Shown here piece by piece: positions 25,844 to 33,466 of a stretch of 64,000 nucleotides of DNA. The translations under genes were made by a program, and so were the position numbers. The notes beneath the pieces are model-generated. The model was given only the letters and a program-made list of their open reading frames with translations. It had not been told where the DNA came from and did no database searches. This stretch comes from Candidatus Aenigmatarchaeota archaeon (GTDB lineage: Archaea > Aenigmatarchaeota > Aenigmatarchaeia > JACPZZ01), in assembly GCA_016202815.1 (NCBI GenBank), contig JACQNZ010000007.1, positions 20,704 through 84,703 on the forward strand. The letters run 5' to 3'. Each line of letters begins with the position of its first letter. Positions within the stretch are counted from its first letter, which is position 1.

Positions 25844-25882
25844 CTATATAAGATGTTTATGATTGAATCACAAAATTTGGGT

Positions 25883-26095
25883 ATGAAATATATTGATAGG
25901 GTCGAAGAAGTCCTGACAGACAAACCCAGCTCCGTTTCAGGCATACAAAAAAAGGTCGAAGAAAAAGTAAGGAAGGATGTTAATTGGAACAGCGTGAAGT
26001 TGTGTTTGATAGAATTAGAGAAGCGTGGTAAGGCCGAAAGTATAGACACCGAGCAGAAAAAAGAGTTGTGGAAAAAATCTGGAAAACTCGGATAA
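25883..26095 (+). CDS. Small winged-helix protein (about 70 aa)
   Basis: MKYIDRVEEVLTDKPSSVSGIQKKVEEKVRKDVNWNSVKLCLIELEKRGKAESI. The upstream extension to 25781 is low-complexity and overlaps the repeat region. Confidence 0.4.
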   Translation: MKYIDRVEEVLTDKPSSVSGIQKKVEEKVRKDVNWNSVKLCLIELEKRGKAESIDTEQKKELWKKSGKLG

Positions 26096-26098
26096 TAA

Positions 26099-26671
26099 TC
26101 ACGCAAAGTCTGGCCGTATCCTCAATGTATGCATCTCCTGTATCAGCACGGTTATATTGTAAGCCAAAATTTTAGCCAACAATTCGTTTTCCTGTGCAAT
26201 CCTGTTCTTGCTTTTCAGCTTATCGCCAAGCTTCTTTTTTATCGAACTGAAAACGCTTTCGCAATTTGAGCGTTTGCTGTAATGTCGCATGAACTCTTCC
26301 CTATTATACATGAAGTAATGGAACATCTTAGTCCAAAGGTATGAACCTCTTGCTTTTGCCCGCGAATCTGACCGGAACGGAATAAAGGCTTGTCCGCCCA
26401 AATCACTCACAAGTTGGTAGTTTGCCTTACTCAAATACGCCTTGTCGGCTACGGCGGTCTTGATTGAAAAGCTCCTTGCCGTAGTTTCCAACAACGGTTT
26501 GAATTGCGGGCTGTCTCCGCTATTCTCATCCCCGATTATGACCGCAGTAACTATGTTCGTTTTCAAACCAACGGCTAAATGTGCTTTCAGCCATTTATGC
26601 TGTCTTTTCAGGTTAAACCTGTATTCAACATATTGACCGAAACAACGGGTGCGGAAACCCGAAGAATCATG
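26099..26671 (-). pseudogene. 5'-truncated IS5/IS4-superfamily DDE transposase remnant
   Basis: In hand translation the frame stays open upstream of the track's TTG: DSSGFRTRCFGQYVEYRFNLKRQHKWLKAHLAVGLKTNIVTAVIIGD..VADKAYLS..YSKRSNCESVFSSIKKKLG. This gives DDE-type D, D and the E-region, but there is no N-terminal domain or start codon, and a neighbouring gene starts at 26728. Confidence 0.7.
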
Positions 26672-26727
26672 CCGAAAAAAAGCATTTTAATAGCGGATCC
26701 CAAGCTTTTCTTGAGTGAAACGAGCAA

Positions 26728-27144
26728 ATGCCTCCTCCGATAAATCTTCTGGTTGTTTTTGGCGCGGCTGTGGCCAATATGTTGATAGGCATGGCCTGGT
26801 ATTCGCCTGCGCTGTTCGGCAAATACTGGTCAGCTTACTCCGGTGTAACTTTGAAAAAGACAGGCACGATGAAAAAAAGCGAAGGCGCGAAAAAGGCGTA
26901 TGCGGCCAGCTTCATTGGCGCAATTGTCACAGCCTATGTGCTGGCGTATTTCCTTTATTACACAGGCTCGACTACTGTTTTCGAGGGCGCCAAAAAAGGC
27001 GCGATCATGTGGGCTGTGGTGGCCGCGGCCATGGCCGGAGGCGCCCTGCTCGAAAACAAGCCGAAAGAATTGTTTGTGATAAACAGCGGATACCACCTGT
27101 TCTCGTTCATGGTCATGGGCGCCATGCTGGCCGTGTGGGCCTGA
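26728..27144 (+). CDS. DUF1761-family membrane protein
   Basis: There are four hydrophobic segments. GMAWYSPALFGKYW matches the DUF1761 signature. Confidence 0.65.
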   Translation: MPPPINLLVVFGAAVANMLIGMAWYSPALFGKYWSAYSGVTLKKTGTMKKSEGAKKAYAASFIGAIVTAYVLAYFLYYTGSTTVFEGAKKGAIMWAVVAAAMAGGALLENKPKELFVINSGYHLFSFMVMGAMLAVWA

Positions 27145-27327
27145 TCAGCTGCCGCTCCATTTGAAAACGCTTTTCCTCTTTTTTTGCAACTCCGGCTCTT
27201 TGAACTTATAGCCGCATTTCATGCACTTGTCCGTGGCCGGCTCAAGCGTCCCGTCCCATGCGGTTGTCATAATTATGTCGGCGCCGCATTTCGGGCACAA
27301 TTTTTCTTTTCCTGGCGCTTCGTCCAT
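27145..27327 (-). CDS. Small zinc-ribbon protein (60 aa)
   Basis: CPKCG-x25-CMKCG forms two CxxC knuckles, followed by a basic tail. Confidence 0.45.
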   Translation of the reverse strand: MDEAPGKEKLCPKCGADIIMTTAWDGTLEPATDKCMKCGYKFKEPELQKKRKSVFKWSGS

Positions 27328-27386
27328 TATTCAGATTCGCGCCGCACGGTATTAAGTTTTAATCTGTGCGTTTTCAGGATCTTATC

Positions 27387-28268
27387 ATGGTCAATTCGCC
27401 TAGATGCGTCGTAACAGGTTTTTTATTCATGCTGCTCCTGTCCGCTGACGTGTCTGCAACGTCCGTTGTCTCGGACTACTGCAAGAAAAACAGCTGCGTC
27501 GAGACCGCGGTTGGCGCAATCGCATCCGCGTTCAAAGGCATGGAAATTTACCTGTCGCCGGACGAGATTAACGCATACAACTGCAGGAAATCGGATTTTC
27601 TGAACCTCACGGTTGTCTCGCCGCTGTTATCGGCGGACTCGAAGATATCCGTGAACGGCGATCCTGTTTGCGAAATAAAAGGCTCGCTCCTTCCGAAAAC
27701 GGAGACGTGCGTCTTTTCACTTGAAGGCGGCGCGGGCGGCAGCACAGGCTATGACAACCTCATAATAAACGTGGCTGCGAAATCCGACGCGGGCCTGCTT
27801 TCGGGCAAAAAAGAGTTATCAAAAAACTTCGGAGTAAGGATGAACCACCTTGTTTCGGACGAGGAGAAACCCGTCTTAGCTGCGGTTAAATCAGCCGAAG
27901 TGTCGCTGGCAGCGGCTTACTCAAAGATAATCGGATACGAAAACTCCGGCTACAACATGACCTCGCCGAGGAATTTTCTAAACAATTCGGAAAACAAACT
28001 TTCCGAGGCCGCGGAAAATCTTGCAGGCTGCAGGTTCGCCGACGCTTCGGCAGGCTACAAATCCGCGAAAAGGATGGCCGATGCCGCGGCCATTGACGCA
28101 AGTGACGCAAAAAAAGGGCAGGATGGGAAAAAATTCTCAATGATAACGGGCAAGTTTTTATCAACGGCGGCGAACCCTGTTTTCGGGATCATGCTTATGC
28201 TGATTTTGGTTTTAGGTTACAAGCTGCGCAAGGCGAAAGGCAATAAAGGCGCAAAATTGGACCTGTGA
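27387..28268 (+). CDS. Secreted, C-terminally membrane-anchored hypothetical protein
   Basis: An N-terminal signal-like segment (VVTGFLFMLLLSADVSA) and a C-terminal TM plus basic tail (NPVFGIMLMLILVLGYKLRKAKGNK). No other recognisable domain. Confidence 0.55.
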   Translation: MVNSPRCVVTGFLFMLLLSADVSATSVVSDYCKKNSCVETAVGAIASAFKGMEIYLSPDEINAYNCRKSDFLNLTVVSPLLSADSKISVNGDPVCEIKGSLLPKTETCVFSLEGGAGGSTGYDNLIINVAAKSDAGLLSGKKELSKNFGVRMNHLVSDEEKPVLAAVKSAEVSLAAAYSKIIGYENSGYNMTSPRNFLNNSENKLSEAAENLAGCRFADASAGYKSAKRMADAAAIDASDAKKGQDGKKFSMITGKFLSTAANPVFGIMLMLILVLGYKLRKAKGNKGAKLDL

Positions 28269-28301
28269 CGGGAATTTAAAGTTTAGGCAGGATGTTACTT
28301 T

Positions 28302-29393
28302 ATGACTGGGGATAACAAGCTCACATACGCGCATTCAGGCGTTGACAGGAATTTGCGCGCGGCTTCGAAAACCGGGCTCGCTGGCCTGCAAAGTACGTAC
28401 AGGTTTTCCAGGCACGGCCCGCCGATAAAACTGCCGTATGGTATGATAACGCCGATTGGCGGCGGCAGGTATGCCGACCCTGTGATCGAAGGTGTCGGGA
28501 CAAAAGTTTTAATCGCCCAACTGGCAGGCAGGTACGACACCATTGGCGTGGATGCGATTGCGATGGCTGCCAACGACGTGATACGCTCAGGCGCGGATGT
28601 GCGTTTGCTCGTCGACAACATAGATTTGCAAAGGTCGGATCCTTCTTTTGTGGACGAACTGATGAAAGGCCTTGTGGAAGGCGCTGAACAGGCCGGAGCG
28701 CCGCTGGTCGGAGGCGAAATTGCTGACGTGCCGGCGCTGATGAACGGCATACGCAGGGACAGGGGATTCCACATAGTTGTTGCCGCATACGGCGAGCTTG
28801 ACAATTCTGGCATCATACGAGGCGACGACCTTGTCCCCGGCGACGTAGTGATAGGGCTTCGTTCGTCGGGCGTGCACAGCAACGGGATTTCTCTGGTGCG
28901 GCGCACATTGTTCAGGGAGTGGGGCGGGCTGTACGAACCGGCGGACATCCCGGAGGGGCTGCAAAGAAGCGTTGGCGAAGAGGTTTTAGAACCCACAAGG
29001 ATTTACGTACGACCCATCGGGAGGATTAAAAAATATTTGCCCAGCTATTTCAACAGGCCGAAGGCTGCGGTGCATATCACAGGCGACGCGTACCTGAAAT
29101 TCGACAAATTGCAGGAGGCCAGCCCGGGCACAGGGTTTGAATTTGACAACTTCCATCCGCAACCGATTTTTGCTGCCATGCAGTCCGCTGCAGGGAAGAT
29201 GGGCAAAGAAATTGACGACGAGGAAATGTTCCGCACGTTTAACATGGGATGGGGATTCGCTGTTGTGGTAAGTCCGCAATACGCAAACCAGTTCATAGAA
29301 GCGATGGGCGAGGGCGAGCCAATCGGACGCGTTACAGATACGGGACGCATAACGATACGGCACGGCGGAAAGGCCTTTGATCTGGAACGGTAA
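28302..29393 (+). CDS. purM: PurM-like AIR synthase family protein (phosphoribosylformylglycinamidine cyclo-ligase-like)
   Basis: LTYAHSGVD, EGVGTKVLIAQ, DTIGVDAIAMAANDV, PLVGGEIADVP and GLRSSGVHSNGISLVRR follow the PurM layout, with substitutions in some canonical positions (DGVGTK, GGETAEMP). Confidence 0.75.
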   Translation: MTGDNKLTYAHSGVDRNLRAASKTGLAGLQSTYRFSRHGPPIKLPYGMITPIGGGRYADPVIEGVGTKVLIAQLAGRYDTIGVDAIAMAANDVIRSGADVRLLVDNIDLQRSDPSFVDELMKGLVEGAEQAGAPLVGGEIADVPALMNGIRRDRGFHIVVAAYGELDNSGIIRGDDLVPGDVVIGLRSSGVHSNGISLVRRTLFREWGGLYEPADIPEGLQRSVGEEVLEPTRIYVRPIGRIKKYLPSYFNRPKAAVHITGDAYLKFDKLQEASPGTGFEFDNFHPQPIFAAMQSAAGKMGKEIDDEEMFRTFNMGWGFAVVVSPQYANQFIEAMGEGEPIGRVTDTGRITIRHGGKAFDLER

Positions 29394-29431
29394 TCCTATA
29401 GGAACTCCGTTTGCGCACTACTTTATATCCT

Positions 29432-29449
29432 TGTTATACATGTTATACA
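29432..29449 (+). promoter_or_regulatory. Tandem 9-mer TGTTATACA x2 abutting the vapB-2 start codon
   Basis: Exact tandem copies lie at 29432-29440 and 29441-29449, with the ATG at 29451. This is a plausible TA autoregulation operator. Confidence 0.35.
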
Positions 29450-29450
29450 T

Positions 29451-29717
29451 ATGACAAAAAAGATGATCGCTGTCAGGGGTGTGGATGAAGACGCATTCAG
29501 GAAGTTCAAGGCCGTCGCTGCAGAAGAGAACATAAACGTTGGGAACGCCCTGACTGTTGCAATGAAACAGTGGACGGAAAAGGAAAAAATTAAGACGATT
29601 CCAAACCCGAAAAACCTTCTCAAGATCAAAGGCATAATTAAACCCTTCAGCTGGGGAAAGGACACTGAAAACACAAGCAAAGACGTTGATGAAATTCTAT
29701 ACGGTAGCAAAAAATGA
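29451..29717 (+). CDS. vapB: VapB-type antitoxin (copy 2)
   Basis: MIAVRGVDEDAFRKFKAVAAEENINVGNALTVAMKQW is a ribbon-helix-helix-like N-terminus. The gene overlaps the PIN gene by 4 nt. Confidence 0.6.
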   Translation: MTKKMIAVRGVDEDAFRKFKAVAAEENINVGNALTVAMKQWTEKEKIKTIPNPKNLLKIKGIIKPFSWGKDTENTSKDVDEILYGSKK

Positions 29718-30121
29718 TATTACTGGATACGAGCTTTGTCGTTGCTTATTACAACACAGAGGACAATAACCATAACAAGGCCGCAGTCATAATGAAGGGA
29801 TTGATAGCAGGCGAGTACGGAGATATTTTTATAACAGACTACATTTTCGACGAAATCGCTACCATAGCCTTTGTCAGGCTGAAAAATCTTAATAAAACGA
29901 TAGAAATAGGCGAAGCTGTGAATAATCTTGCCAAAATCGATTACATAGGAAAAGATATTTTTGAAGATACTTGGAATTTATTCAAAGGCCAGAAGGCAAC
30001 AAGATTCAGTTTTACCGACTGCTCTACCCTATCCATGATGAAGAAAAGGGGGATAAAAAACATAGCTACTTTCGATGAGGACTTCGAAAAAATCAGGGAG
30101 ATTGAGGTTGTAGCTGGCTGA
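29714..30121 (+). CDS. vapC: PIN-domain toxin VapC (copy 2)
   Basis: MILLDTSFVVAY, ITDYIFDEIAT, SFTDCSTL and ATFDEDF carry the PIN acidic residues. Confidence 0.85.
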   Translation: MILLDTSFVVAYYNTEDNNHNKAAVIMKGLIAGEYGDIFITDYIFDEIATIAFVRLKNLNKTIEIGEAVNNLAKIDYIGKDIFEDTWNLFKGQKATRFSFTDCSTLSMMKKRGIKNIATFDEDFEKIREIEVVAG

Positions 30122-30130
30122 AGTGATCAT

Positions 30131-30547
30131 TTGCCAAAAAAAATTGTCGTTGTGATTGAGAAGGAAAAAGGCGGTTATTATACATCGCTGGCCGTCGGGT
30201 TTGCGGGCTGCCTGTACAAAGCGAAGACGTTAAAAGAATTAATTAAATGTGCCAGAAAAGAAATAAAACACCGCCTGAAAAAAGACGAGTACGTTTACAA
30301 GGCGGATTTTGTAGGCGTGCGTATTATGGACTCGAAGGTTTGGGGCACAAAAAAATTCACAGTTGTAATGGAAAAGGCTGGCAGCGATTACATAGCTATT
30401 GTTCATTCTATTCCGGGGTGTTATACGCAGGCAGAAACGATGGACGATCTTATCAGGTATATCAAGGAAGCGATCACACTTTGCCTGGATACGGGCGCGA
30501 AGCCTGTTAAAACCGATTTCGTGGGCGTGCAATTAATCGAGGTCTGA
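30131..30547 (+). CDS. hicB: HicB-like antitoxin with duplicated HicB_N/UPF0150 fold (copy 1, TTG start)
   Basis: There are two repeats of the pattern: VVVIEKEKGGYYTSLAVGFAGCLYKAKTLKELIKCARKEIK and FTVVMEKAGSDYIAIVHSIPGCYTQAETMDDLIRYIKEAITLCL. Confidence 0.7.
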   Translation: MPKKIVVVIEKEKGGYYTSLAVGFAGCLYKAKTLKELIKCARKEIKHRLKKDEYVYKADFVGVRIMDSKVWGTKKFTVVMEKAGSDYIAIVHSIPGCYTQAETMDDLIRYIKEAITLCLDTGAKPVKTDFVGVQLIEV

Positions 30548-30548
30548 C

Positions 30549-30746
30549 ATGAGGTTAATCCCTATAGCCGCTGTTAAGCTGGTAAAAATCCTGGAAAAGA
30601 TAGGCTTCAAACCCGTCAGGCAGGACGGAAGCCATCTTAGGCTGATACACGCAGACGGCAGGGCTACGACCGTACCGATTCATCCGGGCAAAGACATAAA
30701 CCAACCTCTCCTCAAAGATAAAGGTCCTGAGAAGGATTCAAACTAA
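30549..30746 (+). CDS. hicA: HicA mRNA interferase toxin (copy 1)
   Basis: VKILEKIGFKPVRQDGSHLRLIHADGRATTVPIHPGKDI is the HicA signature. The C-terminus diverges from copy 2, and the 3' end overlaps the convergent proS stop. Confidence 0.8.
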   Translation: MRLIPIAAVKLVKILEKIGFKPVRQDGSHLRLIHADGRATTVPIHPGKDINQPLLKDKGPEKDSN

Positions 30747-32200
30747 TACGCCCTTCCCACGTAAACCACGCTTTTTGCCTCTTTGCCGCACACGACGCAT
30801 TTGTTGAAAATTTTTTCAGTCTTGCCAAACAGCGTGCCGCGTATGTCGGCCTGCGCCTTCTCCTTGATATCGTCCGCACAACTTTGCTTATCGCACCAAT
30901 TCGTGCGGATCAAGCCTCCTTTGTCATCGAGCAATTTTTTCATCTCGTTGAAATGGCTTGCGTCACGGATGTTTTTCTGGAAAAACCCGTCCGCCTTCTC
31001 CATTATGCTTTTTTGTGTGCCTTCCAAAATTTTACGCACCTCTTCAGCTGCATTTTTTTCATCAACGCTTGTTTTTTCTCCCGTGTCGCGCCTTACCAGG
31101 ACAACCTTCTTCGCCTTCACGTCGCGGGGGCCTATTTCAATCCGGACAGGCGCGCCTTTCAGCTCCCAATAATTGTACTTCCAGCCGGGCGTGTAGTTGT
31201 CGCGTGCGTCAATTGTTGCGCGCAAACCGACCTTCTCAAGCGACTTTTTCACAGCTTCGCATTTTTCCGAAACTTCTTTCCGGTCCTTTTCAAACATTAT
31301 GGGGACTATCACGGCGTCTATGGCCGATATGGCCGGCGGTATTACAAGGCCTTTGTCGTCGCCGTGCATCGCCACAACAGCGCCGAATATGCGCCAGACC
31401 GCAGGGCCGTAACAAGTCTGCCACGCGTGGGTTTTTTTCTCGTTTTCGTCCAGGAATTTTATATCAAACGCCTTGGAAAAGTTTTGGCCGAGCATGTGCG
31501 TTGAAGGCAATTGAATTATCTTGCCGTCAGGCATTACCGAATCGGCCGCAAACGTATTGACAGCGCCGGCGAACGTGTCGTGTTTCGGCCTTACAAGGAA
31601 CAAAAACGGCAGGCAGAACATTTTGTGGACAATATTTTCAGTCGTTTCCATGTCCTCTTTCACCTGGGCTAACGCTTCACGCTCTGTTGCGAAAACGTCA
31701 TGGGCTTCGATCCAGAAAAATTCACGCCCCCTGATAAAAGGGCGCGTGGCCTTGCCCTCATACCGCCAGACCTGGCAGCTCTGGTACATTTTCATCGGAA
31801 GGTCTTTCCATCCCTGTATCCATAACGCGAACATCGTGTACATGGCTGTCTCCGAAGTCGGGCGCAGCGCTAACCGCTCCTCGAACTTTTTACCGTCGCT
31901 GCCGCCTTCTGTTATCCAGAAAACTTCCGCTTTGAAGCCTTCCGCATGCTCGGATTCTTTCTCAAAAAATGATTCCGGTATTACGGAAGGGAACCACACG
32001 GGTTCATGGCCTTTCGCCTCGAGTTCGCGCTCGAGTAAAGAATACATATTTTTCATTATTTTCACAGACCACGGGCGATGGACCAAAAAGCCTTTGACGT
32101 TGTAGCGGATGTCCGCAAGCTCGGCCTTGCTAATGACCTGCGTGTACCATTCCGAGAAGTTCCCGGATTTCTTTACTGTTAAACCCTGCTCTTCGGACAT
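30743..32200 (-). CDS. proS: Prolyl-tRNA synthetase (archaeal/eukaryal type)
   Basis: FSEWYTQVISKAELADIRYNVKGFLVHRPWS plus class II motifs. The C-terminal zinc-binding domain (CVVCGKEA) ends in the conserved terminal Tyr (YVGRAY). Confidence 0.92.
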   Translation of the reverse strand: MSEEQGLTVKKSGNFSEWYTQVISKAELADIRYNVKGFLVHRPWSVKIMKNMYSLLERELEAKGHEPVWFPSVIPESFFEKESEHAEGFKAEVFWITEGGSDGKKFEERLALRPTSETAMYTMFALWIQGWKDLPMKMYQSCQVWRYEGKATRPFIRGREFFWIEAHDVFATEREALAQVKEDMETTENIVHKMFCLPFLFLVRPKHDTFAGAVNTFAADSVMPDGKIIQLPSTHMLGQNFSKAFDIKFLDENEKKTHAWQTCYGPAVWRIFGAVVAMHGDDKGLVIPPAISAIDAVIVPIMFEKDRKEVSEKCEAVKKSLEKVGLRATIDARDNYTPGWKYNYWELKGAPVRIEIGPRDVKAKKVVLVRRDTGEKTSVDEKNAAEEVRKILEGTQKSIMEKADGFFQKNIRDASHFNEMKKLLDDKGGLIRTNWCDKQSCADDIKEKAQADIRGTLFGKTEKIFNKCVVCGKEAKSVVYVGRAY

Positions 32201-32255
32201 AAAATCATCTTAATTTCTTTACATTAAAGCTTTCTTTTGAAAGAAAGGTTTATGA

Positions 32256-32591
32256 TTAACATATACGCGAACCTGGCTCGACGCCTTCTTCCTTGTCGAG
32301 GCGCAATAAAACAACATTGTTATCTTCATCCATCGCACCGAGGACTAAAACTTCCGACATGGAATTAGCTATTTGTTTAATCGGGAAGCCGGTTACTGCT
32401 ATGATTTTTCTGCCCAACAGCTGTTCTTTGCTGTACAAAGCCGTAATTTGTGCCGAAGACCGCTTTATCCCATGCTGACCGAAGTCTATTGAAAGTTTGT
32501 ACGCCGGTTTTCTGGCTTCGGGAAAATCCTCGACCTTTATGATTTTGCCTACCAGCATCTTCAGATTTTCAAAGTCCTCGTAAGTTGGCAT
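32256..32591 (-). CDS. csaA: CsaA/Trbp111-like tRNA-binding domain protein
   Basis: LVGKIIKVEDFPEARKPAYKLSIDFGQHGIKRSSAQITALYSKEQLLGRKIIAVTGFPIKQIANSMSEVLVLGA is an OB-fold tRNA-binding domain pattern. Confidence 0.8.
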   Translation of the reverse strand: MPTYEDFENLKMLVGKIIKVEDFPEARKPAYKLSIDFGQHGIKRSSAQITALYSKEQLLGRKIIAVTGFPIKQIANSMSEVLVLGAMDEDNNVVLLRLDKEEGVEPGSRIC

Positions 32592-32695
32592 AGATACTAT
32601 CTTAAAAGGCGGAAGATATAAGTTTTGTAACGGAATTCTATTTACAGCATTGTTAAATAGCCGTTACCTACAAACCTTAATAAAAATCAGGTGAT

Positions 32696-33103
32696 ATTAC
32701 GCCGAGAAAATTTGCTGTATTAATTGAAAGAAACAGGGGCTATTACATAGCATCCGCCATCCAACTGCCGGGTTGCCGCGTCAAAGCAAAAACTCTTGAA
32801 AATCTTATAACAAAAACTGTAATAGCCGTTAAACGTTATCTGACAGTAGAAAAGGATATACCTAAATCTGAATTTATCGGCGTTCGTATCGTTGGGTTTA
32901 AAAATAAAAAATTTGCGACCTCGATTGAAAAATCTGGCAAGGATTATATCGGAGTGGTTCCTTCTTTGCCAGGATGTTTCACACAAGGCAGAACAATAGA
33001 TGAATTGATGAAATACATAAAGGAAGTTATTGAGCTCTGCTCGGATTCCAAAAAATCCGGTGAGAAAATAGACTTTGTTGGCGTCCAATTTGTAGAGGTT
33101 TGA
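32696..33103 (+). CDS. hicB: HicB-like antitoxin (copy 2) without a canonical start codon; possible ATT start or decaying gene; not in the ORF track
   Basis: My hand translation is (I)TPRKFAVLIERNRGYYIASAIQLPGCRVKAKTLENLITKTVIAVKRYL...FATSIEKSGKDYIGVVPSLPGCFTQGRTIDELMKYIKEVIELC..VGVQFVEV*. It is colinear with copy 1. The frame is open only from 32684 (TAA at 32681), and there is no ATG, GTG or TTG before residue 90 or so. Confidence 0.55.
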   Translation: MTPRKFAVLIERNRGYYIASAIQLPGCRVKAKTLENLITKTVIAVKRYLTVEKDIPKSEFIGVRIVGFKNKKFATSIEKSGKDYIGVVPSLPGCFTQGRTIDELMKYIKEVIELCSDSKKSGEKIDFVGVQFVEV

Positions 33104-33104
33104 C

Positions 33105-33389
33105 ATGAGACTGGTTCCTATAGCGGCCGTTAAGCTGGTAAAAATCCTGGAAAAGGCCGGCTTTCAGCCCGCTAGGCAGGTCGGCAGTCACCTAAGGTTG
33201 ATACACCCCGACGGCAGGGCTACGACTATTGCGATACACGGCTCAAAAGAGATAAACCCCAACATTCTCAACGGAATACTAAAAGAAGCGAAAATCAGCA
33301 GGGAAGAGTTCTTTAAACTGTTAAAAGAAATTCTCATATTGCTGGGAATCTTACCGCCAAGGCACGAAAAGGTATCGGATAAAACGTGA
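33105..33389 (+). CDS. hicA: HicA toxin (copy 2) with a C-terminal extension
   Basis: VKILEKAGFQPARQVGSHLRLIHPDGRATTIAIHGSKEINPNILNGILKEAKISREEFFKLL. A 27-nt run, GTTAAGCTGGTAAAAATCCTGGAAAAG, is identical to copy 1. Confidence 0.8.
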   Translation: MRLVPIAAVKLVKILEKAGFQPARQVGSHLRLIHPDGRATTIAIHGSKEINPNILNGILKEAKISREEFFKLLKEILILLGILPPRHEKVSDKT

Positions 33390-33466
33390 ATTGTCAATCT
33401 TTGAATCCTGTCATATCGGAACTGCGAAGGCGCGGCTCTATTTAAATTTCGGCCTATATCTGGTAA

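Noticed and set aside
25781-25882. N-terminal 34 residues of the 104-aa ORF in the islet
   Set aside because: The sequence (SLLKRILNSISFSIVNSILYKMF) is low in complexity and is encoded by the operator-like repeat region. The wHTH begins at the Met at 25883.
32720-33106. 128-aa minus-strand ORF
   Set aside because: The + strand here encodes a HicB homolog colinear with hicB1. That homolog is not listed in the track only because it lacks a canonical start. The minus-strand ORF is its shadow.
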